Assembly: GCA_964016885.1 (NCBI GenBank)
Contig: OZ024743.1
Span: 227,912,001-227,976,000, forward strand
Reading direction: 5' to 3'
DNA: 64,000 bases
From: Eledone cirrhosa
Lineage: Eukaryota
A program made the translations under genes and the position numbers. Below the pieces are notes generated by a model. That model was not told the origin of the DNA. It made no database searches and was given only the letters and a program-made list of their open reading frames with translations. Positions 27,479-42,205 of the stretch are shown piece by piece. How positions within the stretch are numbered: the first letter of the stretch is position 1; every line of letters begins with the position of its first letter.

Positions 27479-27699
27479 CATATATATATGTATATATATA
27501 TATATATATATACACACACGTGTGTGTATGTGTATATTTATATGTCTATCTATCTCTTTCTCTCTCTATATATATATACAGAGGAGGGAGGGGTATATGT
27601 ACATGCAGTGCTCACATCGCTCTTTGCTGTTACTCTGATTGTTGTGGTTACTCATTTATTCAGCAAATTAAGTTGTGTAATTATATATATATATATATC

Positions 27700-28029
27700 T
27701 CATCATCATCATCATTTGACGTCTGCTTTTCCCTGCTAGCAAGGGTGGGACGGGAACTGAGTCTGGCTTGATTTCTACAGCTTGATTTCTACAGCCCTTC
27801 CTAACACCAACCTCATTTACAGTGAGAGCTGGGTGCTTTTTTTGCCGTGGCACCTCCACGCCCACTTTCCAGTGGAATGATAGGGACCCCAGTCCCTATC
27901 ATCTCATTTCTACAGCTGAGTAAACTGGAGCAACGTTAAATAAAGTGTCTTGCTCAAGGAAACAACACATCTCCCGGTCTGAGAATTGAACTCACAACCT
28001 TTCGATTGCAAGGCTAATGCTCTAACCAC
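27700..28029 (-). mobile_element. SINE family A
   Basis: Same body and tail as 57281-57612; head clipped at (TA)n. Confidence 0.9.
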
Positions 28030-28210
<181 letters not shown>

Positions 28211-28550
28211 ATGAGAGTATGATGGCAAGGATATAAAAGAGTGAGAGAGAGAAAGAAGTAGACCCAATGTATGTGAATCTATATAAGCAGTGAAAAGTCG
28301 GCCACTGATGGTGACTGTGGAAAATGGGCAATATGGGAATCTCTTAAGTTCAAATATCTATAATAATTAGCACACTCTTATTCCTTTTTCTAGGCACCAT
28401 TCAATTTGGCTGCTGCCACTCTCTCTCAATCCCTGCCAACCCCATTCCTTCATTCTCTCTCTTTCTCAAATACACACACACACACTAAATACCATCTCAA
28501 ACCAACTTTAGTTGTGTGTATCGCTCTCTTTCTCAATATATATATATATA

Positions 28551-29296
28551 TCATCATCATCATCATCATCAACGTTTAACGTCCATGTTCCACGCTTGCA
28601 TGGGTTTGGACGGGGGTAGTCCCACTTGAGGCAAGAGTGATTGTCTTGCTCGCATAGGACTGTCTGGCAGGTTTTCTACAGTTGGATGCCCTTCCTAACA
28701 CCAACCACATTTACAGTGTGGGTCTGGGAGGTTTTTACCGTGTTGCCTACACGGCCACATTACAGCGTGGACTGTGTGTTTTTTTGTCGTGACACCTACA
28801 CGATCTCATTTGTTTCGGCCTGGATGGCGCGGCACCAACATAACTTTACATAGAACGGGGTGGTGTGGATGGGGTTGGGGTGGTGGTGGTGGGACGGGGT
28901 GTATTTTGTTAGAGATGCCTACTGGCTGGAGTAGGTTTTACTATATATTTAGGTAAGGCGGGTCTTCTCTGTTACTGAGTACCGCCAAAGGTCTCGGTCC
29001 AGTGACACTGTCTTGGAGAGGTGTAAGTGTGTGATGTCGGAGTTTATCAGCTCGTCCCAGGTTTTTCTAGGTCTGCCTATTCCATGGCTACCGTCTATCT
29101 TTATTGCCCTGCACTTTGTTATACAGCTATCGACTTTCATGCGCATCACGTGACCATACCAACGTAGCCTTCTCTCGAGTAAACAACATCTGATCCCTCT
29201 TATCTCTAATTTTTTCCTTACTTCGTTTATGCTTTGCCGTTCACGTATATTACTATTACACATCCAGCGGAGCATGCAAGCTTCGTTCCTCTCTAA
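28551..29296 (-). mobile_element. RTE-B 5'-truncated copy
   Basis: ORF 28949-29275 (MLRWMC...RLRWYGHV...GRPRKTW); colinear with 24327-25060; TA at both ends. Confidence 0.95.
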
Positions 29297-29352
29297 TATA
29301 TATATATATATACACTCCCATGCTAGCGTGGAAGATAGACATTAAATGATGT

Positions 29353-29530
29353 GGATTGGCAGTATTGGTAGAAGGTCGGATGCCAAGCATAGAGTTACGG
29401 CCCTTGCAATTCTGAGTTCAAATCCCACCGAGGTTAACTTTGCCTTTCATCCTTACAGGGTCGATTAAATAAAGTACCTGTAATACACTGGGATAATTTC
29501 TGGCCTTGTGACAAAAGTAGAAACAATTAA
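29353..29530 (+). mobile_element. SINE family B (Deu/Nin-like)
   Basis: ATTGGCAGTATTGGTAGA head, GAGTTCAAATCC B-box, GCCTTTCATCCTTACAGGGTCGAT core. Confidence 0.88.
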
Positions 29531-29542
29531 ATGATGATGATG

Positions 29543-29579
<37 letters not shown>

Positions 29580-29820
29580 CACACATATAAATATATATAC
29601 ACATAAATATATATACACATACACATATATATACACACATAAACACACACATATATATACACACATAAACACACACACACACACACATAAACACACACAC
29701 ACACACACACACATAAACACACACACACACACACACACATAAACACACACACACACACATAAACACACACACACACATATAAACACACACACACATATAA
29801 ACACACACACACACATATAA

Positions 29821-29875
<55 letters not shown>

Positions 29876-30063
29876 AACACACATAACAGAACAATGTGCT
29901 GGCAAAATGCAAAGGAGAGGAATGACACAGCTACGTTACTAGGATCCATGATGATGGCAACAGCTTCAACAATAACTAGGATACACAGACAAACAGAAAA
30001 ATAAGGATTATTGTATATGTGGGTGGGTAGGTGGGTGGTGTGGGTTGGGGAGAAGGAATAGCT

Positions 30064-30106
<43 letters not shown>

Positions 30107-30111
<5 letters not shown>

Positions 30112-30431
30112 GAAGTTCTATTTAAATTGTTGGGATACAACAAGCAAATATTTTTATAACTGATATAAAGCACTCAACAAATATTTGGAGTAAAAATACG
30201 ATATTAACAAATGGAAACTATATTTATAAAACCATATTTATTTCATTATACATATTTCAAGGACACCAAGTTAAATTATGGTGTGCTTTCATCAGATAAA
30301 ATATAATATAGATCAGTTTTATAAACAAATATTGACATACGTTTAAAGAATGCAACCATTACTAGAATGCAAACATTAGGTATAATGAAATAAATATGGT
30401 TTTGTAAATATAGTTTCCATTTGTTAATATC

Positions 30432-30434
<3 letters not shown>
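30107..30434. mobile_element. Family H1 copy with minus-strand hammerhead (30241-30300) and 55-bp inverted arms
   Basis: Arms 30197-30251 and 30380-30434 (1 mismatch). Minus strand TTTAT-CTGATGA-AAGCACACCA...TGGTGTCCTT-GAA-ATATGTAT-A-ATGAA. 30107-30180 resembles 7877-7950. Confidence 0.75.
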
Positions 30435-30489
<55 letters not shown>

Positions 30490-30499
30490 TTAGATAGAT

Positions 30500-31424
30500 A
30501 TAGGCACACACACACAAACTCATTCACCATTACACAAATACATACATAATACACACATAATCCTCATACACACACATACACCATACATACACATACATCC
30601 TACATACACATACACATACATCATACACATACATACACCATACACACACATACATCATACATACACCTTCATTATACATATTACATACATCATACATACA
30701 CATGCATCACACACACGCACATACATCATACACACACATACACACGCATACATTGCACACACACACACATACATCATACACACACATACATCACATACAC
30801 ACACATGAAAAAGTCATACATCACATACATCATACATACGCATAGAGCACACAAACACATACACCACACACACATGCATCACACATACATCAAGACACAC
30901 ACACACATATACATCATACACACGCATTGATCACACAAACACATACACCACACACACACACATACATCAATACACACATACATCATGCACACACACACAA
31001 ACATCATACACACACACACATATCATACACACACACATATATCACACAAGCACACTCATCATATACTCACTTTCGCACACACAAATATAGACACACACAC
31101 ACATCACTCACACATGTATCACACAAGCACACTCATCATATACACACTTTCACACATACACACAAATATAGACACACACACACATATCACACAAGCACAC
31201 TCATCATATACTCACTTTCGCACACACAAATATAGACACACACACACATCACTCACACATGTATCACACAAGCACACTCATCATATACACACTTTCACAC
31301 ATACACACAAATATAGACACACTTTCACACATACACACAAATATAGACACACACACACACACATATATATCACAGAAGCACACTCACCATATACACACTT
31401 TCACACACACACAAACAAATATAG

Positions 31425-31440
<16 letters not shown>
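30500..31440. repeat. (CA)-rich tract with higher-order minisatellite at ~31040-31440
   Basis: Unit ATCACACAAGCACACTCATCATATAC.CACTTTC.CACA..CACAAATATAGACACAC repeated about 5 times, alternating two variants. Confidence 0.85.
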
Positions 31441-31505
<65 letters not shown>

Positions 31506-31924
31506 AAATGTAAAATAGATGACTGACATAGCATGCAAGTAAGATCCCATAACAACAACTGTAACAACTACAACAGCTGCAAAGACAACTGGGAAACACA
31601 GACAGAGAAATAAGGATTGGTGGATAAGTGGGTTGGTGGATGGTGGGGGTGGGTGGGCATGGTTGTGATGGATGGAGGAGGAGGAGGAGGAGAAGAAGGG
31701 GAGGAGGAATATATCTGTTAGTGTTACACAGAGTGCGGGAGGAGAAATCTGTCTAGGGATTTTTCTCTGTAGAATGCACATACCCTTCTTGTTTCCTCTG
31801 TGTGTGTCTGTGTATGTGTGGGGGGGGGGGGGGGGGGGATCAAGGGAATGCATTGCGGGCAGCAGAAGTTGTGAAATGAAGTTTTGAACATTACAGAAAA
31901 AAAAAAAACGTGTGTGTGTGTGTG

Positions 31925-32786
<862 letters not shown>

Positions 32787-32986
32787 NNNNNNNNNNNNNN
32801 NNNNNNNNNNNNNNNNNNNNNNNNNNNNNNNNNNNNNNNNNNNNNNNNNNNNNNNNNNNNNNNNNNNNNNNNNNNNNNNNNNNNNNNNNNNNNNNNNNNN
32901 NNNNNNNNNNNNNNNNNNNNNNNNNNNNNNNNNNNNNNNNNNNNNNNNNNNNNNNNNNNNNNNNNNNNNNNNNNNNNNNNNNNNNN
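32787..32986. other. Assembly gap (200 N)
   Basis: Run of exactly 200 N, i.e. a fixed-size scaffold gap. Confidence 0.99.
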
Positions 32987-33337
32987 CAGTTTGTTCAAGC
33001 ATGAGGAATGGTGTTATATTACACTGGTGAACTTAGATTCCATATCCTAGGAAATAATTGTTTCTACTTTTGGCACAAGGCCAGCAATTATCCAGTACAT
33101 TACTGGTACTTTATTTTATCAACCCCGTAAGGATGAAAGGAAATAATATGTTTTAGGTATTTTTATATGTTGAATCCAGTTTATTTTCTAAATTTCTCTA
33201 TAATCCCTGGTTTTCTTGTTCCAGAATATCAACAACATTCACAAAAAAACAATAATGGCCAATTATCAAAACCAATTAATTAGCTAGCAACAGGGTCAAT
33301 ACTGATTATCTACTGAATAATATATACAACCCTTATA

Positions 33338-33662
33338 TCATCATCATCATCATCATCACCGTTTTACGTCCGTTCTTCCACGCTAGCATGGGTTAGACGG
33401 GTTGTCCTGTTGTGGGCAGTGTCTGGTCGGCTGACCATGCCTTGCTCATACAGGAACTGATCTGGCTTGATTTCTACAGCTGGATGCCCTTCCTAACACC
33501 AACCTCATTTACAGTGAGTGCTGGGTGCTTTTTCGTGGCGCCTACACGTCCACTTTACAGTGTGGGCTGGGTGCTTTTTTGCCGTGGCACCTCCACGACC
33601 ACCTTGCGGGGGGGGGGGGGGGCATATTGTTTATATGCTTCAGCATGTACCCATGGGAGGTC

Positions 33663-33664
<2 letters not shown>
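33338..33664 (-). mobile_element. RTE-A 3' UTR fragment
   Basis: Reverse complement of ~11085-11421; truncated into (TA)n. Confidence 0.92.
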
Positions 33665-33703
<39 letters not shown>

Positions 33704-33983
33704 GCATAGTCCTGTAACTCCTGAGGGAGTCACAGGATGCCAAATTGTCATACAGAATTTCTAGGGCAAACGTGGCAGTGCCCAATCCTATCCCTTTCTG
33801 AATGCAGCAGATTTCTTCCAGAGAACAATAGAGGATGTGAGAATGGAAGTGAGAAAGAGATATAGAGGTAGAATTGACCCTGGTACTTTTATTTTCGACA
33901 TTGAATATTTGAACTGAGAGAGCAGAGAGTCAAAATGAATACTGCAAACATGCTCTAATGACTGCAAATTTTCTTCCTTGCAT

Positions 33984-34188
33984 ATCATCATCATCATCAT
34001 CATCATCGTTTAACGTCCATGTTCCACGCTTGCATGGGTTTGGATGGGAGTTTTCCCACTTGAGGCAAGAGTGGTTGTCATTGCTCGCATAGGACTGTCT
34101 GGCGGGTTTTCTACAGCTGGATGCCCTTCCTAACACCAACCACATTTACAGTGTGGGGCTGGGAGGTTTTTACCGTGTTGCCTATACG

Positions 34189-34191
<3 letters not shown>
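33984..34191 (-). mobile_element. RTE-B 3' terminal fragment (~205 bp)
   Basis: Near-identical extent to 4006-4217. Confidence 0.92.
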
Positions 34192-34235
<44 letters not shown>

Positions 34236-34606
34236 GCACACACACACACATATGCATGCAATACAATGAAGATATATATTAGTTTAACACATGATTATAA
34301 TAGAAAAAGGGCCTTTGGATGCTAATCTTTCTTCAGAAGATAGATGAGAAATAAAAGAATAGGAAAATAGAGTGTGAGAAGAGGAAGAATTGGACAATTA
34401 AAAAAAAAAGTGTGTTCAGTTAGCCATTTTAGCGAAATCATATATATATATACAATGGAAGCAAGTAGCTAGTTATTGTGATCACTTTGGAACAGAGCCT
34501 TTTAGATAAGAATGATTGACTGATAACATTAAGCAGAGGATATAACAAAATCATGAGTATGTTTAGGACTCACTAATTCTGATAACACTAAACATTTGAG
34601 AACAGG

Positions 34607-34802
34607 ATTGGCAGTATCAGTAGAGGGTTGGACGCTATGCTTTAACGCTATGCTTTGACGCATAGACTTATGGCACTTGCCATTCTGAGTTCAAATCCCG
34701 CCGAGGTTAACTTTGCCTTTCATCCTTCCGGGGTCGATAAAATAAAATACCAGTAATGCACTGGGTAATTGCTGGCCTTGTGTCAAAAGTAGAAACAATT
34801 AT
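34607..34802 (+). mobile_element. SINE family B
   Basis: Colinear with 55893-56080, with a small internal duplication (ACGCTATGCTTT twice). Confidence 0.9.
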
Positions 34803-35020
34803 TTGTGATTATAATAAGCGATTGTATCTGCTAATATTCATATAAAGTCTACAAATGTATGCATATATATATATAACATCTACATATACATAAAAAAATG
34901 TATGTATGTGTATATATATAAACAGATACACAGAAACCCACTCAAATATAAACATTTGTCTACCTGTACTACCTGCACAAATACAAACATGCATGGGAAC
35001 ATAACTTTAAATGAACACAT

Positions 35021-35052
<32 letters not shown>

Positions 35053-35231
35053 TACAACATTCACTCATATACACAATGAAAATCAAAATCAATATTCATA
35101 CATACATGTACACACACAAACACAAGCACATGCACACAGACACACATTTTTAGAAAATGCTGGGGAAAAAACATTTGGAACTCCTGTGTCATTAAAAAGC
35201 TTTTAAGATTTGAACTCTTAAAAGGTGAAGA

Positions 35232-35630
35232 AAGTAGTAGTAGTAGTAGTAGTGGTGGTGGTGGTGGTGGTGGTAGTAGTGGTGGAAATAGTAGTGGTGG
35301 TAATAGTAGTGGTGGTAATAGTAGTGGTGGTAATAGTAGTGCTGATAGTAGTAGGAATAGTAACAACAACACCAATTTTTACTACTACTATTAGTACAAG
35401 TATTAAAAGTAGCAAGACAAAAAGTAAGATGTACATTAGCATCACCAGAGTTTGGCAACTTTTGCAGCCGGGGAACTCAATTATTACTACAACAACCACA
35501 ACTACAAACATAACCACAGCTACAACAACCATCACATCCACAACTACAGCAACAATCACAACTTCAACTACAACCACAGCAACAACTATAACTACAGCCA
35601 CAACTACAACCCCAACTACAATCACTACCC
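35232..35630. repeat. (TAG)/(TGG) and (ACA)-rich trinucleotide tracts
   Basis: Direct reading. Confidence 0.9.
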
Positions 35631-35714
35631 AGGTTTTGCATAGCATAGAGAAATCAAATATCAACTCTTCTCTTTTTCTATAAGATATAGACCGTGTGCA
35701 TATGTGTGTATATG

Positions 35715-35910
35715 TATGGTGTGTGAGTATGCAAGAACAATGAGTGTGAGTATGCAAGAGCAAGTGTATGTATGTGCATGTATGCAAGAACTATTGTGTA
35801 TGTTGCAGGAACAGGTTGCATGTGTGTATGTCTGAGAGTATGCAGGAACAAGTGCCTGCATGTGTGTGAGTATGCAAGAACCTGAGTGTGTATGTGAGCA
35901 TGCAGGAATA
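35715..35910. repeat. Minisatellite GTGTGAGTATGCA(A/G)GAAC, about 7 degenerate units
   Basis: Direct reading. Confidence 0.8.
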
Positions 35911-38584
35911 TGTTAATGTATTTGTGGGAGTTTGAAAGAACGGTGTACTAATGTCAAACCTCTTTATAAAGAAAACACAGATGTGTGAGAGTGTGTGTAC
36001 AAGTGTATGTGTGTTCATGTGTGTGTGAGAGTATGAATGTACAAATATGTGAACGCATGTGTTTACAAGCGTTTATCAAAGCAACTTTAAGGAAATGTCA
36101 ATAAAGTAAAATAGTTATGTGCTTGTGGGTGTGTTTGTGTCACTGTTTTTGAGAAAACACATTTATTTTGAGATTGTGTGAGAATGGATATGAGCAAGAG
36201 TTTGTCTGAGTGAGCGGGGAATGAGTATTTACTTGAGTGAAGACTTGGTAAACATATGAGTGCATTTGTGTAAACATAAGTGGATCTAAGTGTGCATGCA
36301 TGCATGAACATGGTTGGTTTTAAGTGTGTACACGTGTGTGCATACGTGTGTGTGTGTGTGTCTGTGTGTGTGTATGAAAGAGGGAGGAGACAAATAGTAG
36401 GAAAGTAAACTAAATATCAATTATTGCAGAGGACATAAAGATAGAGAGACAATTGAGTGCAAAGTAGAAATGGTTGGATCATTGCGAATGTTAGATTGTA
36501 CAGTTTAGTGTGATGGATTGTGGGTGGCCACATCGGTGGCTTAAGAAGGTAGAATGCATTAACACAGAGAGAAGGGGGAAGTGAGAGGGAGAGAAACTAT
36601 TGTTATTACTATCGTTGATTCCATTCATTACATTGAATGGAATGGACCTCTGTCATTTCCATTGTTTGTTCAAGAGAACTGCCAGCTCATGAATGTGGAA
36701 CCAAATGGAACAATCTGCTCATGAAGTGGCTGAGCATTTCATAAGCATGTATATCTTTAATGTAATTCTTAAGGATATTCAGCATGATGCAGTGTGTGAC
36801 AAAGCTGGCCTTTTGAAGATAGAGTCTGTTTAACAGGCTCCCTAATAGTTTCCGTTTACCCAATTTCACTCTCAAAGAATCGGTTGACCCAAGACTATGG
36901 TAAATGACACTTGCCCAAAATGCCATCTAGTTAGATGGAAAATATAAGAAATTAAACAGAATTGGTAAACTGTTACCTAGCTTATCATTACCACCTGGTG
37001 CTTGGGTACTATTAGTAGAATCTATTCTATTACAAGCATTTGAGACATGTCTCCTGTTTGAGGCTAGTTCCTTATTTCCAGTCTTGAAAGCTTTGAAAAC
37101 AGGCATCACCATTTGATTCCTTCCTATAACCAAACAGCTAAATCTTAGCACTCTGTACTGCATGAAACTTCATTAGGTAGACATTCTTGAAAAGTAATAA
37201 ATGGCACTATGACAGTATCACTTTAAAAACTAAAGTCTTTAGTCTAATATTACAATTTTTCACAACAATATATCCTCTATTAAAAATGCTATAAAAATTT
37301 GAATTGGATATTTTATGCAAAATCATTAGATGATGCGAAGAGTTTAAAAAACAAATCTAATAATGGTTTATAGAAGTAGTTATGAAATATAACATTTTGG
37401 GCAAGCATGGGCCTTTATCATGGAAGAATATTATTATTTTTATATTGTTAATCTAAATCGAAGTATATCAATCAATATGGGTTTTGATTCTTGTTAAAAC
37501 AGATATGGTAGGTTCAAATGTTTCTGTAGATTTGTTCATCTATTTAATGTTTATTCAGTTTTGCTGAAAATTATTGTTAAAAAATAAATAACCTAAACTA
37601 TGATTTGATTGTCAATGAAATGGAAATTGTTTGATGCATCAGTTTCATAGGATCGTTTTAAGGGTCAATAGAGAGATAGGATAGGAGATTTGGACATCTG
37701 TGCAAAAATTACACACATACAAATACACAGAAACACATGCAACCACACATGAACACACACCACAAACACACACAACCACACATGAACATGCACCACAAAC
37801 ATGGACACACTGACGCACACACAAAAGGAAACAAGAAACATGATGTCAATGTCAACATTGATGGATGACTTTGTAAGGCAGGATACTTCTCCTATCCCCC
37901 TCGTATCTCTGCCAATATTTCACCAGCATCACAGCAGTGGGTGATGGAAAGGGATACTTGAACAAATGTTGATGTAATGCCAAATGCAATGGAGAAAATC
38001 ATTTAAAAAAGTGGAAAAAAAAGAGAGGAAAAAATACAACCTTGCAAATAAAGGAATGAGGCTTTTGACATCAATGGAGAAAGAAAGTCAACTATTTCTT
38101 AAGAAATGAATAAATAAAAAATCAAATCAATCAATCACTTAGTGAAATATCGAAACAGCTCCATTTCCCTTTAGTGCCCCAAACAGATGTAGTTCATATG
38201 TAGATGTCTCAGTGAAATCATTGGTTGATGACAGTTACAATGAGAAAGGTCATTGACAGTCAATTAGAAATACAATGAAGCATGAAAGGACTGTGACTCC
38301 CTATCATTAAAACACCCGAGAAACCTCCTGTGAGATAGTAGTGTGTAATTTAATAAAATTTGGTTGCTATTTTTTGTAGGTCAACAGTGTGTGAAAAAGT
38401 TCCTTTGTTCACTCAGTATTTGAAAACATATTTGATGATTCAATGATGAAATAACTCGAGAATTCAATTTCAAGCAAGTGTTAAGCCCAAAACATTCCCT
38501 GGCTCATCATAGCAATAATAAAAAGTCAGGCAATAGAAGTGGTTTAAAGATGATATCCAGGAAGCAAGTGAATTCCTTCATGTT

Positions 38585-38759
38585 TTGACCCTTTCTTTAC
38601 CATATTTCTAATGAAAGAGACACTGCCTATGATTTTCATATATTTTGAAGTTCATCAAGAATTTGGAGGGATTTAGTAATATAACTAATTTTCTCATTAT
38701 TAAACTGGTATTACAAATATCACTGTGCAACAGTTCTTACATAAAAATATACTTTTAAA

Positions 38760-38796
<37 letters not shown>

Positions 38797-39426
38797 TTTT
38801 CTTTATTAACCACAAGGGTTCACATAAAGTAGACATTAAGGACAGTACAGGACAATACAGGACGGTACAAATGGGCATTTCTGCGTGTAAAAAAACAGAG
38901 GTTGAAATAAAAAAACAAAGAAAAATTCCCCAATAGGGGGGAGACTTCCAAGGGACATTTGTGGAGAAAGCCCATTAAAAGACCACAGTGGCCCTGACCA
39001 CCAGGGCAAGTGCCCTCTCCCAGTTTTCCACCTTTAATTTACAGACACATACTCAGAGAAGGCCCATTCATTCGGGCCATACTTGCTTCTCTCACCCATC
39101 TTTCAACAAAATGCTGGGAAGAGAGCACTTCCCTCTCTACCCTGATTTTCCTTTTCAAATGAAATTTGAAAAAGTTAATCAGGGCATCACCGAAGAGGTA
39201 AGTGCTCGTCTTCAGCCCTTTCAAACGTGTCCACCATACTATCTCTTTCGCCATGGCCACCAGACAGATAAAAACTGCCTGCCCTTCCAGGCTAAAGGAA
39301 GGGGAAATTAGTTTGTACAGTGCTCAGGTACACTACAACTTTTAGATAGATATAAACACTTTAAAAGAAAGTTCTGAGCCATAGCGCTAAGAGTGGTTTC
39401 AGGCAGTTTGGTATGAAAAAGGTTAA
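38585..39426 (-). mobile_element. piggyBac-like MITE split by an insertion (halves ~38585-38760 and ~39330-39426)
   Basis: TTGACCCTTTC left end and TTTCAGGCAGTTTGGTATGAAAAAGGTTAA right end match the family termini. Confidence 0.55.
38796..39310 (-). mobile_element. L1/Tx1-clade LINE 3' fragment
   Basis: Minus frame VFICLVAMAKEIVWWTRLK...FFKFHLKRKIRVERE...FVERW resembles the helical C-terminus of Tx1/L1 ORF2. It is followed by a 3' UTR with AATAAA and ends at the (TTA)n tract 38761-38795. Confidence 0.65.
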
Positions 39427-39650
39427 TTCAGTCTGTTTCTACCCTTATCCCAACCACAGTCTAAATCTCAACTGGTTAGCCTACCATGAAATGTTAAATT
39501 AAGGCTATCCTTTGCTGCCAGCTTCTCTGACAATACAGTTGTAATTAAGTGAAGTAATGAACCATTGTAATAAATGAATGAAATAATTCTTAGAAATATA
39601 TTCATACATGAATGCACATGAACATACAAACATAGAATACAGCAAGTGTT

Positions 39651-39873
39651 TTAACCTTATTGTTACTAAATTTCTAAGATATTGACCATGATTTTCAAAT
39701 CATGAATATAATCAAGAATTTTGTAATATGTTTTCATTAAGATGATATTTGGTGCAACATAAGTTAGTAAATGTTCATACATAAAATTATGATTGGCGAT
39801 TTTAATTTAAATAAATAGATTAGAGTAGTAGAATCAAGAGCAGTTTCAGCTAATTTGGTATCAAAAGGATTAA
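39651..39873 (-). mobile_element. piggyBac-like MITE
   Basis: TTAA-CCTT ... AAAAGGA-TTAA; both TTAA sites intact. Confidence 0.65.
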
Positions 39874-40622
39874 GGTAATTTTCCCGCATAGGAATCAAAC
39901 TTACAGGCTCCATGAGAGGTTTCAAACTTGTTACAGGGTCATTTATGAGGCAATAATATTATAGGAAAATTCCTAATATATATGTGATAATGTTAATTCT
40001 TTTAAAGTCATCACACACATTGTCTCCTATGCTAGAGGAGCAGAGAGGTAGAGAGAAGTAGAAATCTAGAAATATATAGAAACTATTGTACACCTAGTAA
40101 ATATGAATTATAAGTGTGTATGTGTGTGCATATATATATATATACACAAACACACACATACATATGTATATATACATACAGAGAGAGAGACAACACACAC
40201 GTGCACAGATATATTCTTGATAAGCTTCATAAATATGTGTTCAAGTATACTGGAGTATGTGTATATGAGTGTGCGTAAATTATTCATATCACTATATAAA
40301 TTGAATAATATATTCATGCCCATACATATATGCACACACACACAGAAAATAATATATTTTTAAGCACACATTAACACACACACATATGGGTATTAATATA
40401 TTCATGCCTAACTTGCCAACTATGCAATGCAATACACACACATACACATACTAATGAATGTTTGTCTATATGTGTGTATATATATTCTAGTTTGCTTCTA
40501 TACATGTGTGTAAATATCTCTGTATGTATACATCTATATATATATATATATACACACACACATATGTGTGTGTGTGTGTGCGCATATATATATACTTATA
40601 TGTGTATGTGCACACACACACA

Positions 40623-40697
<75 letters not shown>

Positions 40698-40903
40698 GAT
40701 TCATATCACAAACACACAAGCTCAAATTAATATATTAATGCCAGTGTGTACGCACCTGGCACCACAGAAATTACATACATGCTACACACACATAAACACA
40801 TATATACATACATTCACACATATGCACACATATATACACAAGACACATAATGACAAAAATCTCCATACAATGATTTAATTTTAAATATGTTTCTGAAACA
40901 CAA

Positions 40904-40935
<32 letters not shown>

Positions 40936-41141
40936 ATTTTACCAACAACAATAATTGATAAAAATAATTAGAAAAATAAAAGTAATTACAATAAATAATT
41001 AAATAAACAGAACAAAAACAATATCAATAATGATAATAATGTTGATAATAATACAATTAATATTTATAATAATACTGCTGCTGATGATGATAATAATTTC
41101 TGTAAAACCATTTTCTGGAACACATATGTATATTATATAGA

Positions 41142-41196
<55 letters not shown>

Positions 41197-42167
41197 GTAA
41201 AAATAATGATAATAATAATGATAAAGATAAGAATGGAAGTGGGTGGTGATGTCCAACTTTGGGATTCTATAAAGAGATTTACAACATAATTTTACATTTA
41301 CCAATATCTATAATATGGAGGTGGTAGGTGATAATTAATGCATTGACTATACATTACCTATACATTGCCTGTATATTACCTATATATGCCAATATACACT
41401 GGCTGACTTGTCTAATACCTAGCACTGTAATATTATGGTATTACATGAAGACAGTAGATGGATTGATGGGAGGAAGAGGAGGAGACATAGAAAATATAAT
41501 GGAAAATGAATAAGGAGGTGAAAGATAGACAAATGAGAGAAAGGCAAAGGAAAGGGGAAGTGAAAAATAGAATGAGAGCCAGAGTAAGAGGGAGAAAGAG
41601 AGAGAAGGGGAAGGAAATTAAATGATGGGAGACAAAAAAAGAGTAATAGTGATGATGACATTCATGATGGTGGTAGTGATGGCATTGTGATGTCAGTGAT
41701 GGTGATGTGAGAGAAACTACTAGAGGCCAATTGTGAAATTGATGTAATTTATTTCTGAACATGAGTGACTATTTTCAGTTTCAAGAATTGAAATGACAGC
41801 CAGCCTGCCAGCCAGCCATCAAGCTGGCAAGCCTCCCAGCCTAAGTATTTCAGATTTTGCTGAACATGAGATACAATTTAACAATTTGAAATGAAATTGA
41901 ATGTTGCTCTATTAGAGTCTACCTAATTTTGGTGGGAGACCATGTGTGCAAGTCATAATTAATTGCATTTGGGATTATTACAAATACTTCATTTGCTAAA
42001 GTTTAATATAACCTATCATATATCAGATGAACAAGCCAAGCTGAAACTTCAAAACACTGCTAATTTTCTACTCAAAAAATAAATTCACGCTCTACCTACT
42101 AATATTGGATGCTCATTATGTTAATGTTTTAAGTACTATGGTATTTTAAACACCCATTCTTTTATAC

Positions 42168-42205
<38 letters not shown>

